NCBI GenBank assembly: GCA_036502065.1
Contig: DASXZF010000272.1
Span: 1 to 46,366, forward strand
From: Gaiellales bacterium
GTDB taxonomy: Bacteria; Actinomycetota; Thermoleophilia; Gaiellales; JAICJC01
DNA length: 46,366 nt
Reading direction: 5' to 3'
Of the stretch, positions 25,979 through 35,164 are shown piece by piece. Every line of letters begins with the position of its first letter. Position 1 is the stretch's first letter. The notes beneath the pieces were generated by a model. That model was not told the DNA's origin and searched no databases. It saw nothing but the letters and a program-made list of their open reading frames with translations. The position numbers and the translations under genes are program-made.

Positions 25979-26996
25979 AGGCGTCCCAGCGAACGTTGAT
26001 CCGCCCCTGTATGGCGGGGAGCGGGAGGGCCGCGGCCTCGGCCTCGACGGCCTGGCGCTCGGCGGGCGAGAACCGGTCCCAGGTCTCGACCGTCATCAGG
26101 TCGTGGGCACGCCGCCACGTGCCGCGGATCTCACCGTCCACCATGACGGCGCCTGGCCACACGCGCGGCGTCCAGAGCGTCCGGCGCCGATCCGCGTCCG
26201 GCACGAGCAGCGCGCGCTCGTCGCTCTGGAGCAGGTAATAGGCGTCGCCGCTCGGCAGCAGCCGCGCCGCCGCCGCGGGGCCGGGCTCGGCGCGGAACGT
26301 CGGCTCGTCATCCACGAGGATCCAGGCCTCGCCGATCGGTGTGCGCACCGCCGTCAGCGACTCACCGAGCAACTCGAACGCGGTCACGGCCGACCGGAGG
26401 GACACGCCCGCCCAGGTGGCGAAGGCCCGTGGCGTCGTCGGGCCGAGGACGTGCAGGTACCGGCGGGCGAGCTCGAGCCGGGCCTCCACCGGATCGACGT
26501 CCGGCGCCGGCACCGTCCAGACGGCCGGCGCCCGCGCGCCCTCCCACCGGATCAGCACCGTCCCCGTCGTCGCGCCGTACCGGAGCGAGTTGTGGTTGAC
26601 GCCGAGCCCCTGCCCCGCCTCGCCGTACGGCAGTCGCGCGCCGCTCAGGTGCGTGTGCAGCCGAGCCGCCACGTCGAGCGCCCGTGCCCGCCCCTTGGCG
26701 TCTTCGGGCAGCCGCCCGAGCGAGAAGAGCGCGAGGTCGGCCGCTGCGACGACGTACACCTGATAGCGCGGCCCCCACAGCTGGACGAGCGACGGATCCT
26801 CCCAGCTCGACGGCCCGGCTCCCTCGACCCGCGCGTGGATCGAGAGCACCGCGGCGCGCGGCATGCTGTCCTGCAGGCCCACCCACGCCGCCTGCCGCAG
26901 CGAGGCCTCGCCGGGCGGGAGCCGCTCGTCGAGCGCGCCGGCCCGGCGCCGGAAGCCAAGGATCTGCTGCCTCGTGAGCTCGAGCGGCGTCGTCAT
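25977..26996 (-). CDS. winged-helix DUF1006/HTH_42 (YcaQ/AlkZ-like) protein
   Basis: LTRQQILGFRRRAG...LRQAAWVGLQDSMPRAAVLSIHARV...LVQLWGPR and YLHVLGPTTPRAFATWAGV are typical of the family. The ATG at 26996 was chosen. Confidence 0.7.
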   Translation of the reverse strand: MTTPLELTRQQILGFRRRAGALDERLPPGEASLRQAAWVGLQDSMPRAAVLSIHARVEGAGPSSWEDPSLVQLWGPRYQVYVVAAADLALFSLGRLPEDAKGRARALDVAARLHTHLSGARLPYGEAGQGLGVNHNSLRYGATTGTVLIRWEGARAPAVWTVPAPDVDPVEARLELARRYLHVLGPTTPRAFATWAGVSLRSAVTAFELLGESLTAVRTPIGEAWILVDDEPTFRAEPGPAAAARLLPSGDAYYLLQSDERALLVPDADRRRTLWTPRVWPGAVMVDGEIRGTWRRAHDLMTVETWDRFSPAERQAVEAEAAALPLPAIQGRINVRWDA

Positions 26997-27015
26997 CGCC
27001 TCACACCACCGCCGA

Positions 27016-28047
27016 TCATACGACCTGCTCGGCGTGCTGGAAGCGCTCGCGGAGGTCACGGACGGCCGGCATCAGCGCGAGCGCCGGCACGATCGGCAGC
27101 CAGAAGTTGAAGACCCGGTAGACGACCACGCCAAGCAGCGCGGGGGCGAAGCCGATGCCCATCCCTGCGAGCCCCAGCGTGAGCGCGACCTCGACGAAAC
27201 CGGCGCCGCCGGCCGGGAGGGCGCGGCGGGTGAGCAGGTAGCCGGCCGTGTAGCCGAGCACGAGCGCCGCAACCGGGACCTGCACGTCGACGAGGCGCAG
27301 CGCCGCCCACAGGCACAGGATGTCCCCGCCGTAGTAGATCGCCGTGCCGAGGATCCCTGTGCCGTGCCGGCGCGGCTTGCGCAGCAGCGCACGAACGGTC
27401 ACGGCCCCGCCCACCGAGTCGGCGAACAACCTGCGGATCCGGCCTTCGCGACGCCGGCTCAGCCGCTCGGCGCGCTTTGGCGACGTCATCCAGAGCGCGA
27501 CCACGAGCACGGGGATGACGATGAGCGCGGGCAGCGTGATCGCCGGGCGCTCGTGCCCATCCCATCCGAAGAAGAGCAGGACGGAGGCCGCGAGCGCGCT
27601 CACCGACAGCACGACGTATTCGAGGAACCCGAGCCCGAGCACCCGCTGGATCGCCTTGCGCTTCCCCGCTCCGGCCTGGCGGAACGCCCAGTAGTCGACG
27701 GCGAAGCCGCCCGACGAGCGCGTGGCGGCGAAGACGCCGAACCCGGCGACGACGGCTCGCAACGAGGTGGCGATGCCGAGCTCGGGCCCGTCGTCGACGC
27801 GCGCCAGGCCGCGCAGGGTGAGCACGTATCCGCCGTATGCGGCAAGCTCACCGGCCAGGCAGGCGCCGAGCCACGCCCAGGAGTGGCGCGCCGACGCGAG
27901 CCCCCACATGTGCTGCCACCCCGCCTGCCACGCGAGCGTCAGCACCACGGACGAGGTGATCGCCGCCGCGACGAGCACCACGACGAGCGGACGATCCTCG
28001 AGCCGGGCGTGCGCCGTGCGCAGAGCGTCCCGCAGCGGAGGACTCAT
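27016..28047 (-). CDS. flippase-like / lysyl-phosphatidylglycerol-synthase TM-region (UPF0104) family membrane protein
   Basis: It has about 8 TM helices and the C-terminal part LTRRALPAGGAGFVEVALTLGLAGMGIG...VVVYRVFNFWLPIVPA typical of the family. It lies 19 nt upstream of the YcaQ-like gene. Confidence 0.65.
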   Translation of the reverse strand: MSPPLRDALRTAHARLEDRPLVVVLVAAAITSSVVLTLAWQAGWQHMWGLASARHSWAWLGACLAGELAAYGGYVLTLRGLARVDDGPELGIATSLRAVVAGFGVFAATRSSGGFAVDYWAFRQAGAGKRKAIQRVLGLGFLEYVVLSVSALAASVLLFFGWDGHERPAITLPALIVIPVLVVALWMTSPKRAERLSRRREGRIRRLFADSVGGAVTVRALLRKPRRHGTGILGTAIYYGGDILCLWAALRLVDVQVPVAALVLGYTAGYLLTRRALPAGGAGFVEVALTLGLAGMGIGFAPALLGVVVYRVFNFWLPIVPALALMPAVRDLRERFQHAEQVV

Positions 28048-28076
28048 CCCCGCCGGATACCCGATCGGGCCTCGGC

Positions 28077-28427
28077 TCAGTCGGCGTCGGCGCTCTGGAA
28101 GAACGAGGCGATCGCGCCGGCCGATCCGGCGACGACCACCACGGCCCAGAGCTCGAGCACGATGTCGACGATCCGGCCGGCCGGCGTGAGCGGGTTGCGG
28201 ATCTGGGACGAGACGGTCAGGAGCTGCACGGTCGTGAAGAACAGCGCCTGGCCGATCGTCCTGATCTGCGTCCCGCTCGAGTCGCGCTCGAGCAGGAACA
28301 TCGCGATCGCCGCCACGAGGTCGATGATCGCCGTCGCGATCACGATCAGCGCAAGGCGTGCGAGCAGCCGCCGATGGTGGTCCTCGTATGCCGTCAGCCG
28401 GCCGAGTTCCTGGCGGAGGGGCAGCAC
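28077..28427 (-). CDS. two-TM ion-channel-fold protein with non-canonical pore sequence
   Basis: 116 aa, laid out as TM1, a pore-helix-like ALFFTTVQLLTVSSQIRNPLTPAGR, and TM2. The layout is that of Ion_trans_2/KcsA-type channels, but TVSSQ replaces TVGYG. GTG start. Confidence 0.55.
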   Translation of the reverse strand: MLPLRQELGRLTAYEDHHRRLLARLALIVIATAIIDLVAAIAMFLLERDSSGTQIRTIGQALFFTTVQLLTVSSQIRNPLTPAGRIVDIVLELWAVVVVAGSAGAIASFFQSADAD

Positions 28428-28521
28428 GATGGCAGTCTCACACCCGCGGCGGTCGGATCGCGGAACGCGCGGTGGGGAGCTCTCACCTCCCCACCGCTCA
28501 TCCGTCAGACCGCGCGTGCCG

Positions 28522-29295
28522 CTAGATGCCGGGCGCCCGGCACTGGCCGATCCTGTGGCCGCCGACGACGTTGGGCAGCCCGCCCGAGTCGCCGACCTGC
28601 ACGGCGGGCGAGTTGCCCCGGCAGATCAGGTTGCCGCCGATGGTGTTGGTGACGACCTCGTTCGAGTCCGGATCCTGCACGCTCTTGTTGTCCGAGAACA
28701 CCAGATCTCCACCCACGATGTTGCGCAGCGCGCCTGACCACCCTCCGCGCCACCCGCGCACGACGAGATTGCCGCCGATGGTGTTGTCCTTGACCGGGAA
28801 GTTCAGGAACGTGCCGTGGAGCCCCGGACCACCCCCATGTGAGACGACGCTGCCGCCGATGTGGTCGCCGTCCAGGTACATCGTCAGCGGGTGATGGGCG
28901 ACGATGCTCCCGCCGACCGTGTCATCGGTCGTGCTCGTGCCGCACGGCGGCACCGGCCCGATCGATTGCGGCGTGCACCCGAGCCCGAGCGTCGCGCCTC
29001 GGTCGACCACCAGGTTGCCGCCCACGTTCACCGTGCCGAGGGTGAACGCGTCCAGGCACGCTCCCCGCGCGAGCCGCAGCCGGCCGTGGACGGTGAGGGT
29101 GTTTCCGCCGGCCACGTAGGCGTTGCCCCAGATCGTGAGGTTGCTGTGCGTGCCCGAGAGCGACTGGCCCGCGCTCGAGCAGATCGGCGGCCCCGAGAAC
29201 GGATCGGCCGACGCCGTCGTTGCGAACGATCCCAGCGCGAGCACCGCGCAGAGCCCCACCACACTCCTCAGTGCCCGCATGCGTCCTCGCTTCAT
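28522..29295 (-). CDS. secreted beta-helix-like repeat protein
   Basis: The ATG at 29295 is preceded by GAGGAGGAGGGA. The signal peptide is MKRGRMRALRSVVGLCAVLALGSFATTASA. At least 7 repeats of (I/V)GG(N/S/D)(L/I/V)V occur about 20-25 aa apart, and the protein has several Cys. Confidence 0.6.
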   Translation of the reverse strand: MKRGRMRALRSVVGLCAVLALGSFATTASADPFSGPPICSSAGQSLSGTHSNLTIWGNAYVAGGNTLTVHGRLRLARGACLDAFTLGTVNVGGNLVVDRGATLGLGCTPQSIGPVPPCGTSTTDDTVGGSIVAHHPLTMYLDGDHIGGSVVSHGGGPGLHGTFLNFPVKDNTIGGNLVVRGWRGGWSGALRNIVGGDLVFSDNKSVQDPDSNEVVTNTIGGNLICRGNSPAVQVGDSGGLPNVVGGHRIGQCRAPGI

Positions 29296-29490
29296 CGTTC
29301 CCTCCTCCTCCGTCGCGGAAGGCCCCGGGCCCGTGTGTCCTCTCGGGAACCCTTCCAGGTTTGCGTCACACCAGACGGCGTTCGACGCAGCCGTCTTCCC
29401 GCCCGCACTCGATGCCGGCGCTTGCACTTCGGCCATAAAATTGCTATCTTTTTGATATCACTTTATTGAGCGAACCCTCGAGGAGAGGCC

Positions 29491-30408
29491 ATGAACGAGT
29501 CAACCCACCCACATCGCGAGCCCGAGGCCATCCCGGTCGGCCACGCCGGAGCCCGCGTCGACATCCGCGAGCGGCAGGCGTGGGCCGCCAACGGCTGGCT
29601 CGGCGTCCTCGTGGCCGCGCTCTGCATCGGGGCGGTCTATTGGCTCGTCAAGCATTCCGACAAGGCCCTGGCCATCGTCCCGGGCATCGCGGCCATCGTC
29701 ATCCTGGCGTCGCTCGTCATCGTGCAGCCCGGCCAGACCATGGTCGTGCGGTTCTTCGGCAGCTACGTGGGCACCGTCCGCGGCACCGGCCTTTCGTGGA
29801 TCCTGCCGCTCAGCGACCGCCGCAACGTCAGCATCCGGGTGCGCAACTTCGAGACGAACCACCTGAAGGTGAACGATGCCGACGGCAACCCGGTCGAGAT
29901 CGCCGCCATCGTCGTCTGGCAGGTCGCCGACACGTCGCGTGCGCTCTACGCGGTCGACGACTACCTGAACTTCGTCCGCGTCCAGGCCGAGTCCGCCCTG
30001 CGCCACGTCGCGACGTCCCATCCCTACGACGACCCGGCCAACACGGACGTGTCGCTGCGCGGGTCGACCGACACGGTCGCGGACGAGCTGGCCGCCGAGG
30101 TGGCCCAGCGCGTCGTCATCGCCGGCCTCGACATCGTCGAGGTGCGGATCAGCCACCTCGCCTACGCGCCCGAGATCGCCCAGGCGATGCTGCGCAGGCA
30201 GCAGGCAAACGCGGTGGTCGCCGCCCGCACCCGGATCGTCGACGGCGCGGTGGGCATGGTGGAGCTGGCACTCGACCGGCTCAACGAGCGCGGCATCGTC
30301 GACCTCGACGAGGAGCGTAAGGCTGCGATGGTCAGCAACCTGATGGTCGTGCTCTGCGGCGACCAGCCGGCCTCGCCCGTCGTCAACACCGGCACGCTCT
30401 ATTCGTGA
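29491..30408 (+). CDS. SPFH/band-7 domain membrane protein
   Basis: Two N-terminal TM segments are followed by [20 protein letters not shown]...[29 protein letters not shown]...[10 protein letters not shown]. Confidence 0.85.
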   Translation: MNESTHPHREPEAIPVGHAGARVDIRERQAWAANGWLGVLVAALCIGAVYWLVKHSDKALAIVPGIAAIVILASLVIVQPGQTMVVRFFGSYVGTVRGTGLSWILPLSDRRNVSIRVRNFETNHLKVNDADGNPVEIAAIVVWQVADTSRALYAVDDYLNFVRVQAESALRHVATSHPYDDPANTDVSLRGSTDTVADELAAEVAQRVVIAGLDIVEVRISHLAYAPEIAQAMLRRQQANAVVAARTRIVDGAVGMVELALDRLNERGIVDLDEERKAAMVSNLMVVLCGDQPASPVVNTGTLYS

Positions 30409-30411
30409 GCC

Positions 30412-30606
30412 GTGAGTGAGCGCAAGCAGGTCCTGCTGCGGATCGATCCCACGGTCCACGACGCCCTGGCACGATGGGCCGCGGACGAGTTCCGCAGCCT
30501 GAACGCCCACATCGAGCTCTTGCTGCGCCGAGACCTCGAGGACGCGGGGCGAATGCCGAAGAACGCCCGCCCTCTGCCCCGCAGGGGGCGGCCGCCGGCG
30601 GCCTGA
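30412..30606 (+). CDS. small Arc/CopG-like ribbon-helix-helix protein
   Basis: The GTG lies 3 nt after the SPFH stop. QVLLRIDPTVHDALARWAADEFRSLNAHIELLLRRDL has a beta-alpha-alpha RHH pattern. The tail is basic. Confidence 0.5.
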   Translation: MSERKQVLLRIDPTVHDALARWAADEFRSLNAHIELLLRRDLEDAGRMPKNARPLPRRGRPPAA

Positions 30607-30619
30607 GCACCCCGATGGG

Positions 30620-31753
30620 TCAGCGGCCGAACCAGCGCGCCCGCCGGCTCGACCCGAAGCGCTCCTTTTCGGCGACCAGGGCCGCCGACGGCGCATTGAA
30701 GCTGCCGGTGCGCGTGGGGCCCGAGAGGAAGTCGATGTCGACGCTTCCGACCCGTCCCCGGCCGAACTCGATGTAGCAGGTGCCCTGTCCGAGATGCCGC
30801 CCCGGCTGCTCGCCCTCAAAGAGCCTCGCGATCAGCGCCTGTGCCACGACGCGGGCGGCGCCCTCGGCGAACACGCCCGCCTTCGGCACGCCGGCGGTGG
30901 CGACGTCGCCGACCGCGTACACGCCGGGGAAGCGCGTCTCGAGCGTCGCCGGGTCGACCGGGATATAGCCGTCCTCGGTCATGCCGCTTGCGATCACGAC
31001 GTCGGGGGCACGGTGCCTCGGCACTCCGAGGAAGAGGTCGAAGTCGAGCTCGCTGCCGTCGTCGAGCACCGCCACGCTGCGCGCCGGGTCAAGCGCGCTC
31101 ACGCGGCGGCCGGCGATCAGGGTGATGCCGCGGGCTGCGAAGGCCTGGGTCAGCGCGGCGGACGTCTCGGGAGAGGGAGGCACGGGCGACGGGAGCGGGA
31201 TCACGAACGAGATCTGGCAGGCTTCGCGGACGCCGCGGGCGGTCAGCGCGTCGTCGAGGAGCAGGGCGCACTCGCTGGGGGCGGGCGGGCACTTGAACGG
31301 CGCGCCGCACACGCCGATCACGGCATGCCCCCGTGAGAATGCCGGGAGGATCGCCGCCAGCCGCTCTGCGCCGGCCAGCGAGTAGAACTCGTTGCCCGCC
31401 TCGGCCAGGCCGGGCGTGCCGTCGATGTCGTAGTCGGCGCCGAGGGCGATGACGAGCGCATCGGCCTCGTGCACCCCCACGTCGGTCGTGACGCGCCGCG
31501 CCTCGGGGTCGATGCCGGTGACCGTCTCGCGCAGGATGCGCACGCCCGGCTTGGCGATGTCGCGATAGGGCAGCCTGACCGCGTCGGCCGTGGTGCGGCC
31601 GAACATCACATCGAGCTTGGAGAACCCGAACACGAACGTGTCGCTCTGGTCGATCACGGTGACGGCGACGTCGGCGCCGTGAGCGTCGGACAGCATGGTC
31701 GAGAGCTCGAGGCCTCCGAACCCCGCCCCCAGCACAAGCACGCTCGGCGTCAT
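30620..31753 (-). CDS. FAD-dependent pyridine-nucleotide-disulfide oxidoreductase (sulfide:quinone oxidoreductase/NDH-2-like)
   Basis: The N-terminal VLVLGAGFGGLE is a Rossmann motif. Also present are GAPFKCPPAPSECAL and the second dinucleotide region VYAVGDVA. Confidence 0.75.
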   Translation of the reverse strand: MTPSVLVLGAGFGGLELSTMLSDAHGADVAVTVIDQSDTFVFGFSKLDVMFGRTTADAVRLPYRDIAKPGVRILRETVTGIDPEARRVTTDVGVHEADALVIALGADYDIDGTPGLAEAGNEFYSLAGAERLAAILPAFSRGHAVIGVCGAPFKCPPAPSECALLLDDALTARGVREACQISFVIPLPSPVPPSPETSAALTQAFAARGITLIAGRRVSALDPARSVAVLDDGSELDFDLFLGVPRHRAPDVVIASGMTEDGYIPVDPATLETRFPGVYAVGDVATAGVPKAGVFAEGAARVVAQALIARLFEGEQPGRHLGQGTCYIEFGRGRVGSVDIDFLSGPTRTGSFNAPSAALVAEKERFGSSRRARWFGR

Positions 31754-31790
31754 CGGCCAACCCTACCGCGCCGGCCGTTCGGAGGATCGC

Positions 31791-32582
31791 TCAGGCGGCG
31801 TGGGCGTCGCGAACGCGCTGCTTCGCCCGGTAGAGCGCGTGATCGGCCAGGGCGATGGCATGGTCGATCGACGCTTCGCCGACGGTCGAATGGACGCTCG
31901 TGCCGACGCGGGCCCCCGCGATCGGGTCGGGCACGGCGCCGATGCGACCGGCGATCTCGGGCGTCGTCAGGGCGAGGAACTCGTCGCCGCCGAACCGGCA
32001 CACGAACGCCGACCGGCCGAGCAGCCGCGTGAGCGCCCTCCCGGTCTCGATGATCGCGTGGTCGCCGGCCTCGTGGCCGTCACGGTCGTTGATCTGCTTC
32101 AGGCGGTCGACGTCGCACGAGACGACGCCCAGGAACGGCGCCGTGTTGCCGCGGCGGCGCACCTCCTCGAAGAACGCGCGCCGGTTCGGCAGCTTCGTCA
32201 GCGGATCGGTGAGCGCCGCCCGCCGCAGCCGGTTGGCGAACTCGCCCACGAGGCAGGCGATGAACAGGTAGGTCGCGCCCCGGATCGCCACCGAGGCCAA
32301 TCCGCCGCCTGTCGAGACGCCGTGCGGCATCCCCAGATACCAGGCGACCTGCAGCAGCATCACGGCGACGACCACGCCGACCGAGACGCGCACGCCGAAC
32401 CACAGCGCGGCGATCGCGATCGGCCACAGGTAGAGCGTCGTGATGCCGTACGCCTGCGTGGCCGGGATCGAGAATTCGAGCGCAGCGACGAGCCCGGTCA
32501 GCACAGCGACCACCGCTGCGATCGCCGGCGTCGTCTCCACGGTGCGAGGCGTCTGAGCCATCTGCCACGTAGTCGACCGCAC
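31791..32582 (-). CDS. membrane-anchored GGDEF diguanylate cyclase
   Basis: About 4 TM segments are followed by [12 protein letters not shown]...[16 protein letters not shown]...RFGGDEF. There is no RxxD I-site 5 residues upstream of GGDEF. The start is GTG at 32582 or ATG at 32561. Confidence 0.8.
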   Translation of the reverse strand: MRSTTWQMAQTPRTVETTPAIAAVVAVLTGLVAALEFSIPATQAYGITTLYLWPIAIAALWFGVRVSVGVVVAVMLLQVAWYLGMPHGVSTGGGLASVAIRGATYLFIACLVGEFANRLRRAALTDPLTKLPNRRAFFEEVRRRGNTAPFLGVVSCDVDRLKQINDRDGHEAGDHAIIETGRALTRLLGRSAFVCRFGGDEFLALTTPEIAGRIGAVPDPIAGARVGTSVHSTVGEASIDHAIALADHALYRAKQRVRDAHAA

Positions 32583-32692
32583 ACACGCTGCGGCAATACC
32601 CCGATCGGGGGGCCGGGCGCCCTACCCGAACGACCGCCGGGCCCTCCTCAATTTCGGGGAGGGTGCTCCGATCACCGGGGGCCGAGCGCACC

Positions 32693-34366
32693 ATGCCCGA
32701 AAACTTCGCACAACCTCCTCGCGTCGCCGACGATGCGAACGCCACACCGGCCGTCAGGGTGCTGGACGTCGACGTCTCCGGCGCGGCCGCGGACGTCGCG
32801 CCCGCACCGGTCGAGAGCGCCCCGGAAACCGTCGCGCGCGCTGCGGCCGGGCGGATGTCTGCGATCCTGAGCCCGCTCGTCGAGGAGATCCTCGACTCAT
32901 GTGACGGCGCGGCGGCGTCATCGACCGAGGCCAAGGGCGTTGCCGGCGACATCGCCCGCGGCGTCGAGCGCCTGGGTGTGTCGGTCTCGCACGCGACGAC
33001 CGCGATGGGCGCCATTCGCTCGGACGCCGAGAGTGCCATCGGCGGCACGACGGCCGAGCTCGGCACCGTGCGCGACGAGGTGCTGCGGTCGGCCGGAGAC
33101 ATCCACGCGCTGGCGGACGCGGTCGCCGGGCTGACGACGTTCGTCTCGAAGATCAAGGCCATCGCCGACCAGACCAATCTGCTCAGCCTGAACGCGCGCA
33201 TCGAGGCGGCCCGCGCGGGCGACGCCGGCCGCGGGTTCGCCGTCGTCGCCGAAGAGGTGCGCAAGCTCGCCGAGACGTCGAAGGAGCAGGCCGAGGCGGT
33301 CGCCGCGACGATCGCCCGCGTGTGCGTCGATGCCGAGCGCGCGAGCCGGGCAGTCACCGACACCACCGCCCACCTCGCCCAGCTGGCCGAGAACCTCGAC
33401 GGTCTGCGCGCCGACTCCGGCTCGAGCTGGGACCAGGCCCTGGACGAGGTCGAGGCGATCCGCGCCCGGGCGCGCGACGTCGACGTCGCCAACCGCCAGG
33501 CCACGGCCGCAACGGATCGCGCCCAGGACGACATCGCCGCCATCGCCGGCATCGCCGGTCGCCTGCGGGCGCTCGACATGGCATCGATCGATCTGCTGGC
33601 GGCGGCGCCGCCGGAGCGAGCTCTACTCGACGACGTGCGGGCGCGCGGCGTGCTCCGCGTGGGCGTCTGGCATGGCTTCCGGGGCCTCAACTTCCGCCAC
33701 CCAACGTCGGGGAACATCGTCGGCCTCGAGGTGGAGCTGCTCGAGGCGCTCGGTCGCGACCTGGGCGTGCGCGTCGAGATGGTCGACGCGCCCTGGGTCG
33801 ATCTTCCGAAGAAGCTGAAGCGGCGCGAGTTCGACGTGCTCTTCTGTGCGCTGATCCCGTCGCCCGACTATCGCGGCATCGCCTACACGCGGTCGTACCT
33901 CGACATGGGCCTCGTGCCGATGCGGCGGGCCGCAGACCGGACGGTGGCGAGCGCCCAGAGCCTGAGCGGCCGCACGGTCGGCATCATCGCCGACCCGGCC
34001 GCGCGCCAGGCCCTGGACGACTGCGGGATCGTCCCCGGCGACCTGCGCCAGGTCTACGACGACGACTACTACGACCCCGTCGCCGACGGCGTCTATGACG
34101 GGTTCATCATCGACCTGCCGATCGTGCACTGGTGCGCGACCGACCCGGCGAGCCCCTGGCACGGCCGTATCGAGACGGTCGGCGACCCGATCACGAAGTG
34201 GATCTACTGCGCCGCCGTGCGCCGGCACCCCTCGACAGAGACCCTCCTGCACGAGGTCGACGCCGCGCTCGGACGCCTGCGGTCTTCGGCCGGCTACCGG
34301 CGCATCGTCGAGCGCTGGCAGGGCCGCGTCTACGACTGGGGCAAATCCTCCGCCGACTTTCTCTAG
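32693..34366 (+). CDS. soluble methyl-accepting-chemotaxis signalling (MA) domain fused to a C-terminal family-3 solute-binding (SBP_bac_3) domain
   Basis: The MA hairpin core [38 protein letters not shown] is encoded at about 33161-33277. The C-terminal part (from about 33623) reads [66 protein letters not shown]...GFIIDLP, typical of amino-acid-type SBPs. I see no hydrophobic TM segment or HAMP domain. Confidence 0.75.
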   Translation: MPENFAQPPRVADDANATPAVRVLDVDVSGAAADVAPAPVESAPETVARAAAGRMSAILSPLVEEILDSCDGAAASSTEAKGVAGDIARGVERLGVSVSHATTAMGAIRSDAESAIGGTTAELGTVRDEVLRSAGDIHALADAVAGLTTFVSKIKAIADQTNLLSLNARIEAARAGDAGRGFAVVAEEVRKLAETSKEQAEAVAATIARVCVDAERASRAVTDTTAHLAQLAENLDGLRADSGSSWDQALDEVEAIRARARDVDVANRQATAATDRAQDDIAAIAGIAGRLRALDMASIDLLAAAPPERALLDDVRARGVLRVGVWHGFRGLNFRHPTSGNIVGLEVELLEALGRDLGVRVEMVDAPWVDLPKKLKRREFDVLFCALIPSPDYRGIAYTRSYLDMGLVPMRRAADRTVASAQSLSGRTVGIIADPAARQALDDCGIVPGDLRQVYDDDYYDPVADGVYDGFIIDLPIVHWCATDPASPWHGRIETVGDPITKWIYCAAVRRHPSTETLLHEVDAALGRLRSSAGYRRIVERWQGRVYDWGKSSADFL

Positions 34367-35076
34367 GCTTGGCCGGGCGTGCGCCGGCCGACGCGGCTCC
34401 AGAGATCGGCCGCCGCCCGGTTGATCGCGTCCTGCCCCCCCTCGGCCATCAGCCGTTCGGCATCGATGACCCTGACCTGATTCGGGGGCAGGCCGTCGGA
34501 GTTCGTCAGCTCGCGGAACACGAGCGACGCCGCCTTTGCCGCCTCGCGGCGCTCTTCGGTGACGTCGACCGCGATCCACTCCTCGGCGTGCGGGTAGCGC
34601 ACCTGGACGTAGTGGATCCCGCGCGATCCCAAACGCGGACCGACTCCGTTCGCTGTGCGTCCTTGAGCCTGCGTGGCCCGGCGTGGCTCGTCTCCCAGGC
34701 CGAGCGCGGCGCCGCACGATTCGAACGTTGGAAACAGGCGCCGGTCGGCGTCGACGAGGCCGAGCACGACCGCGGCCGGGCAGCCCCACGGAGCAACGAC
34801 GGCAAACACGCCGCCGGCGTCCCCGTCTGACCGGCGCGCGGCTCGGACGAGCTCGGCGATGACGCTCGAGTCGATATAGGTCGCCCTCGACAGGTCGACC
34901 ACGACCCGGGTTCCCACCCCGTCCAGCCGATCGAGCTCGGCCCGCAGCTCGTCGCAGGTCGAGATGTCGTGCTCGCCGGTGAGCTCGACGATCCACCCGG
35001 CGCCCTTGATCCGGCGCGCCGTGACCCTGGGTGCTTCCACAGTCGCAGCCTGCTCTCGCTCGCGCGGCGCGGACAT
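34363..35076 (-). CDS. STAS-domain (anti-sigma-antagonist-like) protein with an unassigned ~100-aa C-terminal domain
   Basis: The STAS part is [22 protein letters not shown]...[25 protein letters not shown]. After a linker comes [38 protein letters not shown]..., which I cannot assign to a family. The ATG at 35076 was chosen. The stop overlaps the convergent MCP gene's stop. Confidence 0.6.
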   Translation of the reverse strand: MSAPREREQAATVEAPRVTARRIKGAGWIVELTGEHDISTCDELRAELDRLDGVGTRVVVDLSRATYIDSSVIAELVRAARRSDGDAGGVFAVVAPWGCPAAVVLGLVDADRRLFPTFESCGAALGLGDEPRRATQAQGRTANGVGPRLGSRGIHYVQVRYPHAEEWIAVDVTEERREAAKAASLVFRELTNSDGLPPNQVRVIDAERLMAEGGQDAINRAAADLWSRVGRRTPGQA

Positions 35077-35164
35077 GCCGCACCGCCTGGTGGTGAGGCC
35101 GACTGCTCGACCGGACGCCCGGATCTTACGACGACGCCCCGCCAATCGCCAATCGCGGGCCGAG

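Noticed and set aside
26863-28737. 624-aa plus-strand ORF
   Set aside because: It is antisense to the flippase-like and channel-like genes. The composition is dominated by R/A/P/G/E/D runs with no recognisable motifs, so it is a shadow ORF.
32599-32610. 12-bp palindrome CCCCGATCGGGG in the GGDEF/MCP divergent region
   Set aside because: It is short and GC-rich. Palindromes of this size are expected by chance in about 70% GC DNA, and there is no second copy or flanking structure.
32080-33717. 545-aa minus-strand ORF
   Set aside because: It is antisense to the MCP-SBP gene, which carries an unmistakable MCP hairpin motif, and off-frame over the 5' end of the same-strand GGDEF gene. The translation is a Ser/Ala/Arg-rich shadow.
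35140-35160. Tandem GCCAATC GCCAATC upstream of the STAS gene, superficially similar to the CCAATTG sites at 43.8 kb
   Set aside because: There are only two short copies, the core differs (CAATCG versus CAATTG), and the site also forms part of a weak hairpin after the ANTAR stop. That is too little to claim a shared motif.
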